Shown in pieces: positions 11,706 to 25,147 of a stretch of 64,000 nucleotides of DNA. The stretch spans positions 62,001-126,000 of the forward strand of contig NW_025765186.1 of the NCBI RefSeq assembly GCF_003918875.1. Reading direction: 5' to 3'. The stretch's first letter is position 1; each line of letters starts with the position of its first letter. The notes beneath the pieces were generated by a model that saw only the letters and a program-made list of their open reading frames with translations, was not told where the DNA came from and did no database searches. Position numbers and translations under genes: made by a program. This DNA is from Haliotis rubra (Eukaryota).

Positions 11706-13297
11706 TACAACATGACTGTATAATAATAGTAACTTGTACAGTGTTATCCTTCAGATCACAACATGACTATACAACAATAGTAACTTGTACAGTGTTATCC
11801 TTCAGATCACAACATGACTATATAATAATAGTAACTTGTACAGTGTTATCCTTCAGATCACAACATGACTATATAATAATAGTAACTTGTACAGTGTTAT
11901 CCTTCAGATCATAACATGACTATATAATAATAGTAACTTGTACAGTGTTATCCTTCAGATCACAATATGACAATATAATAATAGTAACTTGTACAGTGTT
12001 ATCCTTCAGATCGTAACATGACTATATAATAATAGTAACTTGTACAGTGTTATCCTTCAGATTATAACATGACTATATAATAATAGTAACTTGTACAGTG
12101 TTATCCTTCAGATCATAACATGACTATATAATAATAGTAACTTGTACAGTGTTATCCTTCAGATTACAACATGACTATATAATAATAGTAACTTGTACAG
12201 TGTTATCCTTCAGATCACAACATGACTGTATAATAATAGTAACTTGTACAGTGTTATCCTTCTAGATTATAACATGACTATATAATAATAGTAACTTGTA
12301 CAGTGTTATCCTTCAGATCACAACATGACTATACAATAATAGTAACTTGTACAGTGTTATCCTTCAGATCACAACATGACTATATAATAATAGTAACTTG
12401 TACAGTGTTATCCTTCAGATCACAACATGACTATATAATAATAGTAACTTGTACAGTGTTATCCTTTTAGATTATAACATAACTATATAATAATAGTAAC
12501 TTGTACAGTGTTATCCTTCAGATCACAACATGACTATATAATAATAGTAACTTGTACAGTGTTATCCTTCAGATCACAACATGACTATATAATAATAGTA
12601 ACTTGTACAGTGTTATCCTTCAGATCATAACATGACTATATAATAATAGTAACTTGTACAGTGTTATCCTTCAGATCACAACATGACTATATAATAATAG
12701 TAACTTGTACAGTGTTATCCTTCAGATCACAACATGATTGTATAATAATAGTAACTTGTACAGTGTTATCCTTCAGATTATAACATGACTATATAATAAT
12801 AGTAACTTGTACAGTGTTATCCTTCAGATCACAACATGACTATATAATAATAGTAACTTGTACAGTGTTATCCTTCAGATCACAACATGACTGTATAATA
12901 ATAGTAACTTGTACAGTGTTATCCTTCTAGATTATAACATGACTATATAATAATAGTAACTTGTACAGTGTTATCCTTCAGATCACAACATGACTATATA
13001 ATAATAGTAACTTTACAGTGTTATCCTTCAGATCATAACATGACTATATAATAATAGTAACTTGTACAGTGTTATCCTTTTAGATTATAACATGACTATA
13101 TAATAATAGTAACTTGTACAGTGTTATCCTTTTAGATTATAACATGACTATATAATAATAGTAACTTGTACAGTGTTATCCTTCAGATCACAACATGACT
13201 ATATAATAATAGTAACTTGTACAGTGTTATCCTTCAGATCACAACATGACTATATAATAATAGTAACTTGTACAGTGTTATCCTTCAGATCATAACA
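11706..13297. repeat. 51-bp minisatellite, ~31 copies
   Basis: Unit ACAACATGACTATATAATAATAGTAACTTGTACAGTGTTATCCTTCAGATC; single-copy homologue at ~31587-31642. Confidence 0.95.
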
Positions 13298-13321
13298 TTG
13301 CTGTATTCCCCCCAAATAGCA

Positions 13322-13982
13322 ATGGTCGAACATGGTGCTGGTCAGCGTTCACGTAACTGCTCTCAATGTGCGGGTCAAGAGGAGGCCTGGAGATAAACCA
13401 CCTCAAGGAGAGTGTTCCAACTTCTGGCTGGGTGGAATTTCTAAGCTGCACTTTTACACCTGCTGCAACAACTTGAATGAAGGTACCCATCCTCGTTGCG
13501 ATGGTCGCACCTATCAACGAGCATCTAAAGAATCCTACTGTATGCCTGGTGGGTTCGACGACGGGAACGGTAAACAACACGCATCCTACCGTTGTGGGGG
13601 ATGTGACGGACAGACACAGGTTGCTGAGAAATGCGAGCCATGGCCTTGACTCGATGTTGTAGGAACATGCTGGGTGTTCACTAAGTGCTTCACAGACTAC
13701 TGCGAGGAGCGGTACCGACTGAAGGGTTTGAACCTCGCGGTAGGAGATGGGTCAAGGATGCCAAACACCTGCTACAACGGAAAGTGTGATGTCGGAGAAA
13801 CAACCGACAACTGCCCAGTCGACTGTTGCTATAAGAAAAACAAACAGTGTATCTGGGGTAACAAATGTCTGCCACAGTTTTGTGCCACGCCGTCTTGTGA
13901 AAATGGAGGTGATGGTATCCCTATAGCTGGGACTATAACCATCTACATCCTGATTGTTGCTCTGCTAGTGCTGGGTATATAG
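13322..13982 (+). pseudogene. Decayed paralog of the Cys-rich TM protein at 31673-32419
   Basis: High similarity (NVRVKRRP…CSNFW.GGISK.HFYTCCNNL…CYNGKCDVGETTDNCPVDCC). Signal peptide core deleted, TCA to TGA at 13647-13649, TM region truncated by TAG at 13980-13982 and by a satellite. Confidence 0.85.
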
Positions 13983-14771
13983 GCTGAAGGGTCACTGCTG
14001 GCACTACAACTATCTACATCCTGATTGTTGCTCTGCTGGGGCTGGGTGTAAAGGCTGGAGGGTCACTGCTGGGACTACAACTATCTACATCCTGATTGTT
14101 GCTCTGCTAGTGCTGGGTGTATAGACTGGAGGGTCACTGCTGGGACTACAACTATCAACATCCTGATTGTTGCTCTGCTAGTGCTGGGTGTATAGGCTGG
14201 AGGGTCACTGCTGGGACTACAACTATCAACATCCTGATTGTTGCTCTGCTAGTGCTGGGTGTATAGGCTGGAGGGTCACTGCTGGGACTACAACTATCAA
14301 CATCCTGATTGTTGCTCTGCTAGTGCTTGGTGTATAGGCTGGAGGGTCACTGCCGGGACTACACCTATCAACGTCCCGATTGTTGCTCTGCTAGTGCTGG
14401 GTGTATAGGCTGGAGGGTCACTGCTGGGACTACAACTATCAACATCCTGGTTGTTGCTCTGCTAGTCCTGGGTGTATAGACTGGAGGGTCACTGCTGGGA
14501 CTACAACTATCAACATCCTGATTGTTGCTCTGCTAGTCCTGGGTTTATAGACTGGAGGGTCACTGCTGGGACTACAACTATCTACATCCTGATTGTTGCT
14601 CTGCTAGTGCTGGGTGTATAGGCTGGAGGGTCACTGCTGGGACTACAACTATCTACATCCTGATTGTTGCTCTGCTAGTCCTGGGTGTATAGGCTGGAGG
14701 GTCACTGCTGGGACTACAACTATCTACATCCTGATTGTTGCTCTGCTAGTCCTGGGTGTATAGGCTGGAGG
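13926..14771. repeat. 71-bp minisatellite (~12 copies) derived from the pseudogene's TM-coding segment
   Basis: Unit GCTGGGACTACAACTATCTACATCCTGATTGTTGCTCTGCTAGTGCTGGGTGTATAGGCTGGAGGGTCACT, homologous to ~32303-32355. Confidence 0.9.
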
Positions 14772-15264
14772 GGAGATCAAGGCGCCGAGTACATCCAATA
14801 AATAACATCATCGTTGTTTTGTGAACGAGCCCCTTGGAGAAGACAAATATGTTCATGGTGCAATACCTGATTGTTTTGTTCCGACGTCATCATCTACAGA
14901 CCACCGACGTGATTGAATTAATAATTAGTGTTAATATTTCACAAAGAAACAAGCACATCAACTTTAACTCCATCCAAATATGAACAAAGTTTTCTAAACA
15001 CTTTTCACCTTCTTTGCGATTGGAAATGGAAATATAACAGACTAATCTCCCGTGTTACACTATCTTAGGCCTGCCAGGATCACATTGATAAAGAGTGTCG
15101 CACATAAGTATGTATGTTGGCTGTTCATATAGAGTTAAGGTAACAGATCCAAGCTTCAGTGCATTTATCTGTGTTTATGATCCACTCAAATCACATGTAC
15201 CAGCTAAAACGGTGGCATACAAGCCGAACAGATATGTATTGTATAGCGAACCTCACCCAGAACC

Positions 15265-15438
15265 GGGGCGGTGGGGTAGCCTATTGGTTAAAGCGTTGAC
15301 TCGTCACGCCGAAGACCCGGGTTCGAATCCCCAGATTGGTACAATGTGTGAAGCCCATTTCTGGTGTCCCCCGCCGTGATGTTGCTGGAATATTGCTAAA
15401 AGCGGCGTAAAACCAAACTCAGTCAGTCAGTCAGTCAC
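15265..15438 (+). mobile_element. tRNA-derived SINE family A, with target-site duplication
   Basis: Full head and tail with a (CAGT)n end; CACCCAGAACC is repeated on both sides. Confidence 0.9.
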
Positions 15439-16817
15439 CCAGAACCCTTATCAACATGCATTACGTAATTCTGTCAGCATAGTTACTTTAGCTCGCAATA
15501 ACAACCTTATCACCAGTCTAGTTAGGTTAAACGATCGATATAAAGCACTTTAAGTTCACAAGTACTACTTTATCGTCGGTTTGATTAGTATATGATTAGG
15601 CTTGACGGCTCATGTTCATATATTCAGACCTTTGCTGTGCACATTGGTAGTTCTGCCTATTCCCATGTGTTTGCGCTTTAATGTAAAAATATCTCTCGCA
15701 AGGTCATAGAGTGACTCGATCAAAAAATTACAGCTTAATTTGTTTTGAATTTAGGCTTCTTTTGTATATTTTGGTTACCATGGATTTGGCATCAGAACCT
15801 TGACAAGGCTGTTGTCGAACAAACTTGTCATTCAAACACAACTGCACAACATCATCAAATGTTATCCATTTATCAAAGCAAGCACGGGAACTTGAAACGA
15901 TTGAAAAAATGGATCAATCCATGTAGATATGATAATAATGAATGTTTTAATGAGTACATCGCCACTTCACTTCCTTATGACTATAGTTGTTTGTACAGTA
16001 ATCACGGTCAACATCAAGAATGACGCCCCATACCCGTGTGTGGAGCTATTGTGTTGTGCACGTGCATCCCATGCGTTGTGTCTAGGGGCAGAGATAAAGA
16101 GAATTGGTGATGCGTTCAAAAGATGTCTGTCTGTCAAAGAAATGTTAACACTTATCGTTCCTATCCAAACTGAAAGTTCAGGTTCCAATATGTTTTCTTA
16201 AAGTATAGTTATTTGCAATCTCCCTCCGTAATGAAGCCCAGACAAGTAAAATGAAGTGTCGATTCAAACATTGTCTTAACGACCTGTCACTGGCATTGTT
16301 TAAGCAAAACAGAAATACATTGTTTGTTTAGAACATTTTTGTACAAAGGTCACAAATATTTTGATTTTAGAATGTACATCAGATCAAAATTGGTGAGATA
16401 GAGTTAAGCGATGCCTTTCAGTGACGGGATACACATATCAATATTCGTGTTGTTTCCGTTTTGCGAGGTCACAGAATGACGTCACCGTGACACGAGTAGT
16501 TGATCACTGCATTGTCTGGTCCAGACTCGATTATTTACACACCGCCGCCATATAGCTCGAATATTACTGAGGGTGGCGTAAAGCTAAACTCACTCACTCT
16601 CTCACCCACAAAGAAATAATGCAGGTGATTCATGCCGAGTTCCATTCAGAGTAACATACTTTAACCCATTTGGTGATGGCACAGCCAGAGATTATATGAC
16701 TGACGTCTCGCGGTCACACATTCGTTCACTTGACAAGGAACCGTTGGATCAAACTGGAAACTGCAAAGACAAGACTCTGTAGCATTGGGCAGAGTGAGAC
16801 CTTTTCGAAGTTTGTGC

Positions 16818-19800
16818 TCACTGGGTATGTGATAATTTAGAGTATATGTCGCCAACAACAACACATTGAAGCCTGCCTCCATCCGCGACGTCGTAAACGT
16901 CATCTTCCACTCCAGCAGCTTCACCCCCACCTCTGTAGTTCCCAGGTGACTCAGAAGCCGGGGTCATGTCCGTCAGCTGTATGTCGGTGTACCACTCCAG
17001 CTCCTGTACAGAGGTATCGTCCATCTCGGCAGCCCTGGGGCGTACAGGGTCCTCTGTCTGGGGGGCACTGTGAGGTAAGAACAATGAAAATTGATATATT
17101 TAGCACAGGACCAACATTGACCACATCACAGTCAAAATTTGGGTTTAAAAAAATATAGGTTCATCACATATCTGAATATTTATGGTTTGTTAGAAAGCGT
17201 GAGCAGTTGTGAAACGAAAAGAGAAGACAGTCGTCCAAGTAAAGAGGCAACATTATCACATCACACCACCTGTCCTGTGTAGAATCAACCGTGGACATCT
17301 GGTGACATTATCACATCACACCACTTGTCCTGTGTAGAATCAACCGTGGACATCTGGTGACATTATCACATCACACCACTTGTCCTGTGTAGAATCAACT
17401 GTGGACATCTTGTGACATTATCACATCACACCACTTGTCCTGTGTAGAATCAACCGTGGACATCTGGTGACATTATCACATCACACCACTTGTCCTGTGT
17501 AGAATCAACTGTGGACATCTGGTGACATTATCACACCACACCACCTGTCCTGTGTAGAATCAACCGTGGACATCTGGTGACATTATCACATCACACCACT
17601 TGTCCTGTGTAGAATCAACCGTGGACATCTGGTGACATTATCACATCACACCACTTGTCCTGTGTAGAATCAACCGTGGACATCTGGTGACATAAACTGA
17701 CGTACTAAACAAAGTACACACCTGATGCTTTGGTAAAATGGTTTCCTGAAAACAGCGTAATATTTAGATGAGTGTTTTGATTGCGACTCACAAGTCACAC
17801 ACATTGTGTATGTGTTGCAATAACACCATAGATAGCGTACCCTAATGGAACATTGCTGGCAAAATATTTACGTTGTTTTAATAGTCTCAAAACACCAGTC
17901 TAGCTATTCTCGAACGTTCGAACTTCGTAAGCCCATTCTCAACGCATTGGCTACGATGAAAGTTAAGAATTCTTAGGGCTACAAACGTTTCGGGAATAAG
18001 GACCCTGGTGTGTACTTTTTTTGTTCACCAGTATATTTACTTCATTTTTTGGTTATATAGAGTTATAGTCTAACTCCCTCGTTCGCAGTGACACAGTAAG
18101 ACGCTGCTTTTAGCAATATGCCAGCTATATCACTGCAGGAGACACCAGAAATACACTTGACGCAGAGCACCCATGTGTGGAATCGAAACCGATTCTTCGA
18201 CGTGCCCAGCGGACGTTTTAACCACTATGCTACCACACCAACCCAGTCGTTTGGAAGAGTGAAGGGATTGGTTTTAGTGTAGGAGAGAATCAACTACTGT
18301 TGCTATGAAATGAGAGCCCTGTCACACTTTTGCACTTCTGCATATCTTTATTCTTTATGAGTTGCGCATTGACATTTTTTTTCAGACGCAGTCGTACGCA
18401 CAATACGCAGCTCTTGTGCATCTCAATCGTTTTGTGTACGTTTTACGTACGCCGGCATGCGCACATTACTGCCCAGCAGGTGTGATAGTTTTGGACGTGC
18501 ACAAAATGATGCTGCGTACGCTGTTACGCAGGTCAGAAGTTATAAATACAGAGTGCATCGATCCCAGGTCGGTCGAGCGCGGTACGTATCTGCTATGTGT
18601 TCGTAGCGGTTCCTACGCGGAAATACGCCCGGCACGAGATATGAGAAGCGTATATTTGACGAATACATAGCGTACTTGCAGCGCAGATACAATGGACGCT
18701 GAGCGAACTCCTTGCGAATGCTAACGTACTGCACTATTCAGTACCGCTTGTATGCAATCTGGCAGCCGCCGTTATAATAAACCGACATCAGTTATATAGG
18801 TGCATCAGAAGTGCGTCAGGCATGCGGTCGGCATAAGTTAGGTGTGTCCGAAATACGCTTGACAGGCAGAGAAAAACACGATTTGTGGTGTGTTTTTCAT
18901 CACTGTTTAACTGTTGACAGGATAAGATCGAAAGCTGTATGATTTGACTCCAGGCATCGTGCCACACCCTTGAAGAGATGTGTCAAAAGTCAGTTAATAC
19001 ATTCAGCATCCACTGGTGTTGATGAAGGTTTGACAACAATGACGCATAGACAACACTAAGCGATTGAAGAAAGCTTGAGGAATGATGTTCTGTGTCTGAA
19101 CCAACACTTGTTCCAATTCAGTTTGTCAGTGGCGGATTCTGGGTTTGACGTAAACGTCGGTCCATTTCATCCCAAACATTCTCACTAGGCAATGGGGTCC
19201 CGAGAAACAGCTGGCAAGGGGAGTATAGGAATGTCCTTCTGTCACAACACAAACCACCAGTATCTTGCCGAAGCGTGAACTTACGTCTCTGTCCTTGAAT
19301 GAACGGCTGCACCTGAGGTCCAACAATCCCATCCCTTTATCGGTTGTGTCGGACAATGAGATGTGATGACGCCCCATACCATAACGCTTTCGCTACCAAA
19401 CTGTCGACGTTGATCAACACACGCGTCAGCATACCGTCCAGCATCACCGTCTGTACACCTTTGACCAGCCATCTGAGCTGTCCAGAAGAAATGTCGACAA
19501 AACACCATCCCAATCCTGTCTCATGTGCCATAGATGCTGTCTGCACCACGCAAGATGTGGCTGTCGGTGACGTTGGAACATAATTGGACGTACAGGCCGT
19601 CAGGGATGGATGTTGTGCTCCCTTAATCTGTACATTCCTGAACTGATTGGACGTAAGCCAGGAATGGTCCGAGCAGTCAAACTGGCAGTCTGGAATCGAT
19701 TCCTTAGATGGGTCAGCCGAATGTGGTTGTCTTGCCAATTCGGCGTCAAGCGTGGATGCCCGGTCCGAGGCAAATCTCTCGTGTTGCCACATGTTGAAAA

Positions 19801-22800
19801 CGTTTCCATAGAGATGAGATCGTGTTTCGATGGACACCCAAATCTCTGGCCACTTCATTTTGGACCATTCCAGTCTCCAGCATACCCACGCTGACGCTGA
19901 ATGTCTGTAAGTCGAGGCATGACGTACACGCTGTTTAGGCTGAACTTAACGTGTTTTCCACAAAATTCAAAGGTTAGAGAAAAAGCAATCGTTCTTCAAT
20001 TTTCAATATCAGGTGTGTGAACTTCAGGTGTAAAAAAAACATGCAAAAAGTTCATTGTGCACAAAGTGCACAAGTCAAGCGTGATACGTAACATAAAATT
20101 CCGTGCAAAGACAGTGCTTTGATACATGTTTATTTTAAAATTAATTTTATTGATGTAATTTTATGCTATGCACAGTTACTTTTTTCCGCTAGTCGCGGAA
20201 GGTCGCGGGTTGGATCCCCGACCGTGTCATAGCAAAAGACGTTAAAATATTGTACTTGTTGGTGCCTGCCTGGCGCACGACATTAATGGGTACAACAAGG
20301 ACTGGTCGGCTCGGAGTCAGTATAATGTGTCTGAGTGGGGTATTCATGCTTCAGTATGGTATGGTATCCTCACTATAAACCCAGCTTCAGTCTGGGCTAG
20401 TACAAACAACCACACATACACGCGCATGCACGTCGTCATATGAGCGAAATGTATCAAGCACGACGTTAAACCCAATTTCACCTCACCTCTAATCGTTTAC
20501 ATTCTTTACAGGTTTTCGCCCAATCGTAAAGCAGCCATACTATTCTCAATCAAATGACTAGTTGTCAAACGAACTCGAGCGCAATTATTTATGTAGTCTA
20601 TTCTGTCTAGCAAAGGTAACATTGAATTGAGTTGTGTTTTAGCAATATTCAAGCAACAGAAATGAGCTTTACACATTGTGGATAGTCGGACCTAGGTCTC
20701 TTCGTTGTGACAACAGAACGCTAAACCAAGAGACTGGCCCACTAAGCGACATGAGACACGATATCATAACGGTATAAATATATGTTTTGTCGTTATGCAC
20801 TAGTCAGTAATATGTTTGCTGTATCACAGAGACCTGTTAATACTACAGTAGTGCATAGTGTACTGACTCGCTCTGTTAGAAATGTTGGGATTCCGTCACC
20901 GGGAATGTTGGGATTCCGTCACCGGGAATGTTGGGATTCCGTCATAGGGAACGTTGGGATTCCGTCACAGGGAATGTTGGGATTCCGTCACAGGGAATGT
21001 TGGGATTCCGTCACAGAGACCTGTAAATACTACAGTAGTGCATGGTGTACTGACTCGCTCTGTTAGAAATGTTGGGATTCCGTCACATGGAATGTTGGGA
21101 TTCCGTCACAGGGAATGTTGGGATTCCGTCACAGGGAATGTTGGGATTCCGTCACAGGGGATGTTGGGATTCCGTCACATGTTGGGATTCCGAATGTTGG
21201 GATTCCGTCACATGGAATGTTGGGATTCCGTCACAGGGAATGTTGGGATTCCGTCACAGGGAATGTTGGGATTCCGTCACAGAGACCTGTAAATACTACA
21301 GTAGTGCATGGTGTACTGACTCGCTCTGTTACAAATGTTGGGATTCCGTCACATGGAATGTTGGGATTCCGTCACAGGGAATGTTGGGATTCCGTCACAG
21401 GGAATGTTGGGATTCCGTCACAGGGGATGTTGGGATTCCGTCACAGGGAATGTTGGGATTCCGTCACATGGAATGTTGGGATTCCGTCACAGGGAATGTT
21501 GGGATTCCGTCACAGGGAATGTTGGGATTCCGTCACAGAGACCTGTAAATACTACAGTAGTGCATGGTGTACTGACTCGCTCTGTTACAAATGTTGGGAT
21601 TCCGTCACATGGAATGTTGGGATTCTGTCACAGGGAATGTTGGGATTCCGTCACATGGAATGTTGGGATTCCGTCACAGGGAATGTTGGGATTCCGTCAC
21701 AGGGAATGTCGGGATTCCGTCACAGGGAATGTCGGGATTCCGTCACATGGAATGTCGGGATTCCGTCACAGGGAATGTCGGGATTCCGTCACATGGAATG
21801 TCGGGATTCCGTCACAGGGAATGTTGGGATTCCGTCACAGGGAATGATTACAAACCTAACTCAGAAGCTAGACATTTTGTACGACGAAGGTATCATGGGA
21901 AATACGTAATGCATATATTGCTCACTCGCCCAACCACTCACTCACTCAGTCGCTGACTCAACCACTCACATAAGTACTTATTAAGCCATGCACTCAATCA
22001 GACACTCAACCCTGTCATCACACATTCAATCATTCAACCACTCACTGACTCACCTGTGCTGTTGTCTCACGCGTCGCCAATACTTGCAGTACACAACCAA
22101 GACGATCATTAGGATGAAACTGAACACTGCCGTGGACACTCCCACAGACAGTCCTACTGCACCACCTGACAGAGAAGAAGGTTAACCAAGTTATTGTGAT
22201 CATGCGGAGTTCTCAACTTGTATTGTATGACACTCCCACAGACAGTCCTACTGCACCACCTGACAGAGAAGAAGGTTAACCAAGTTATTGTGATCATGCG
22301 GAGTTCTCAACTTGTATTGTATGACACTCCCACAGACAGTCCTACTGCACCACCTGACAGAGAAGAAGGTTAACCAAGTTATTGTGATCATGCGGAGTTC
22401 TCAACTTGTATTGTATGACACTCCCACAGACAGTCCTACTGCACCACCTGACAGAGAAGAAGGTTAACCAAGTTATTGTGATCATGCGGAGTTCTCAACT
22501 TGTATTGTATGACACTCCCACAGACAGTCCTACTGCACCACCTGACAGAGAAGAAGGTTAACCAAGTTATTGTGATCATGCGGAGTTCTCAACTTGTATT
22601 GTATGACGCTCCCACAGACAGTCCTACTGCACCACCTAACAGCGAAGAAGGTTAAAGAAGTTACTGCGATCATGCCGTGTTCTCAACTTGTATTGTATGA
22701 CAATCCCACAAAGTCCACTGCACGGCCTGACAGAAGAAAGGGTTAACTTCTGAACAGCCAATAAAAGACACTTGATCATACCGAATTATCAACTTGTATA

Positions 22801-25147
22801 GTCCTCCTAAACAAAATGCACCTATTAGACAAAGGTGCTGGGTTTCCCTCCGTGTTGATTCCTGTCACCGGGGGGCGTCGGGGTAGCCTAGTGGTTAAAG
22901 CGTTGGCTCGTCACGCCGAAGACCCGGGTTCGAATCCCCACATGGGTACAATCTGTGAAACCCATTTCTTGTGTCCCCCGCCGTGATGTTGCTGGAATAT
23001 TGCTAAAAGCGGCGTAAAACCAAACTCAGTCAGTCAGTCAGTCAGTCCTGTCACCGGATCAGTAAGTTGTTCCCAGGACTAAATAGTGATGTGGTAAGGA
23101 GAGTAATGACATTTACCTTGTCTCATGGCAATACCGACCTGATTCACAATCTGTACCATAATGGGCGTCAATACATCCAGACACACAGGAGGACCCAAGC
23201 TGACAATATCCTCCATCACAACCACCTGGACATGCTGTACAGTTACCTCCTGGACTGTCACATGGTATGTTGCATCTCTGACCTTGATATCCTGGCTCAC
23301 AACCCTCGGTGCACCGTCCACTACCTTCAGCAGATTGATTACACAGGTTACCTTTACAATGACCATCGCACACAGAGAAACATTTTAGATCAAAGTACCC
23401 CGTGTCACACTCAGTGAGGCAATGTCCCGTCGTGTTGTCACAGTCAGAACAGTGCTGGTTGTCCAAACACGGACCCGCTGAAATTGAAGTTATTGGTTGA
23501 TTAAAAAAAGAACATTTAGTGGACACTAAATGTGGTCTTTAGAAAACGAGGCTAATCGTAGCTCAAACTGTTCGCCAAAGACCCGGGTTCGAGTCCCCAT
23601 GTGAAGCCCATTCCTGGTGTACCACGCCGGGATATTGCTTGAATATTGTTAAAACCATATTCACTCACTCGCTAAGCGAGACAAAAGATGCCTACCTGTA
23701 TTGTGTAAGTCTGACTACCTGTATATGCCTACCTGTATTGTATAAGTCTGATTACCTGTATATGCCTACCTGTATTGTGTAAGTCTGACTACTTGTATAT
23801 GCCCACCTGTATTGTATAAGTCTGACTACCTGTATATGCCTACCTGTATTGTGTAAGTCTGACTACCTGTCTATGCCTACCTGTATTGTATAAGTCTGAC
23901 TACCTGTATATGCCTACCTGTATTGTGTAAGTCTGACTACCTGTATATGCCTACCTGTATTGTGTAAGTCTGACTACCTGTATATGCCTACCTGTATTGT
24001 GTAAGTCTGACTACCTGTATATGCCTACCTGTATTGTATAAGTCTGACTACCTGTATATGCCTACCTGTATTGTGTAAGTCTGACTACCTGTATATGCCT
24101 ACCTGTATTGTGTAAGTCTGACTACCTGTATATGCTTACCTGTATTGTGTAAGTCTGACTACCTGTATATGCCTACCTATATTGTGTAAGTCTGACTACC
24201 TGTATATGCCTACCTGTGTTGTGTAAGTCTGACTACGCCTCTAGATTTGAAAAGATAACACACAAAACACAAAACCTAATTATTACAAAAAGAAGGACCA
24301 TTCTAGATAAAGCTTTGAAATAAACATAAAGCTTCTGTGTGAATGCGAATTAGTATAGCTTTTCATTTGTATTTGAAAGTTGGATACTTAATTATACACC
24401 TACTTCGCTTGCTCAACAATATATACGCCAACTAAGGACAACGCGTCTGGCCACGATTAAGACTGTGTGACTCACAGTAATTCCTAATGAAATTTCAATA
24501 TTATTTCCATTCGACGTTTCTCGACACGTTCTGGTAGCTTAATGAAGCAATGTACATCATATTTGGATACTATCCGAAATCCATACGACAATCAACGCCT
24601 CCGTGTCAACACAACAAGAAGTTCTGTCCCCTTGTGAGGCCGTAAGCACGAAACGTTACAAGAAGATACTTGATGTTACCTTGCCTGTGCCTATCATGAC
24701 AGGAGAGAGGAATGATAAGTTTGGATTCAGTCTACTGTGCCCGTATGGGTAACCAACGTTACAAGAAGATACTTGATGTTACCTTGCCTGTGCCTATCAT
24801 GACAGGAGAGAGGAATGATAAGTTTGGATTCAGTCTACTGTGCACGTGTTGGTAACCAACGTTACAACAGTGTGGCACAGTACCCTGGTAGCGATCAAAC
24901 ATATCAGAAGTGGCCAAATACACAGATTCACACACGACGCTATTTAAGTGAAATATACCTGTACGCAAAGATAACCACCATTTGATCTCAACTCGTAAGA
25001 CAGCCCAGTCGTTATTAACATCAAAACATGTAACTGTTGTGCTAATGTTACATACACAAATTAAACAGACAAGATGTGCCAAAGCAATATTCTACCTTCA
25101 ACAGCCATTACCAGGCATGCTATCCATATGACCTCCGAGACGATCAT
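16818..25147 (-). CDS. Type I membrane receptor, ~250 aa: signal peptide, EGF-like Cys-rich ectodomain (MEGF10/SCARF-like), TM, Tyr-motif tail
   Basis: Exons 25147-25096 (MIVSEVIWIACLVMAVE), 23477-23139 (GPCLDNQHCSDC…GCIDAHYGTDCES), 22165-22054 (GAVGLSVGVSTAVFSFILMIVLVVYCKYWRR), 17067-16818 (…WYTDI…VYDVA…IYSKL..*). All GT-AG, phases 1,1,2, total 753 nt. Confidence 0.8.
17249..17692. repeat. 55-bp minisatellite, 8 copies
   Basis: Unit ACATTATCACATCACACCACTTGTCCTGTGTAGAATCAACCGTGGACATCTGGTG. Confidence 0.95.
18095..18245 (-). mobile_element. Degenerate SINE family A copy
   Basis: Reverse-complement similarity to the head and body (CCCATGTG..AATCGAA, TTTAACCACTA.GCTACC). Confidence 0.6.
18960..20192 (-). 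mobile_element. Decayed Tc1/mariner transposon
   Basis: ATG at 19920; frameshifted peptides DLPRTGHPRLTPNWQDNHIRLTHLRNRFQTA (Tc1 HTH), FGSESVMVWGVITS and ENVWDEMDRRLR (DD34E region). Confidence 0.85.
20193..20489 (+). mobile_element. tRNA-derived SINE family B (Meta/MESC-like core), 5' truncated
   Basis: GTCATA.CAAAAGACGTTAAAAT…GGTACTTG…GCCTGGCGC core and CGACGTTAAACCCAATTTCACCTCACCTC tail. Confidence 0.8.
20825..21846. repeat. 23-bp minisatellite with higher-order structure
   Basis: GGAATGTTGGGATTCCGTCACAG runs punctuated four times by a ~50-bp spacer AGACCTGTAAATACTACAGTAGTGCATGGTGTACTGACTCGCTCTGTTA. Confidence 0.95.
22135..22745. repeat. 94-bp tandem repeat (~6.5 copies) spanning the splice acceptor of the TM exon
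   Basis: Copies start at 22135, 22229, 22323, 22417, 22511, 22605 and ~22699 (degenerate). Confidence 0.9.
22870..23047 (+). mobile_element. tRNA-derived SINE family A, with target-site duplication
   Basis: Full copy flanked by TCCTGTCACCGG on both sides. Confidence 0.9.
23688..24237. repeat. 37-bp minisatellite, ~15 copies
   Basis: Unit ATGCCTACCTGTATTGTGTAAGTCTGACTACCTGTAT. Confidence 0.95.
24652..24866. repeat. 104-bp tandem duplication
   Basis: AACGTTACAAGAAGATACTTGATG…CAGTCTACTGTGC at 24652 and 24756. Confidence 0.85.

Noticed and set aside
18314-18870. GC-richer TACG-rich block, possibly a non-autonomous DNA transposon
   Set aside because: No matching second terminus or TSD could be found, and the ORFs there are uninformative.
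20825-21846. CRISPR-like repeat/spacer appearance
   Set aside because: The spacers are identical to each other, the context is eukaryotic and there are no cas genes; it is a higher-order minisatellite.
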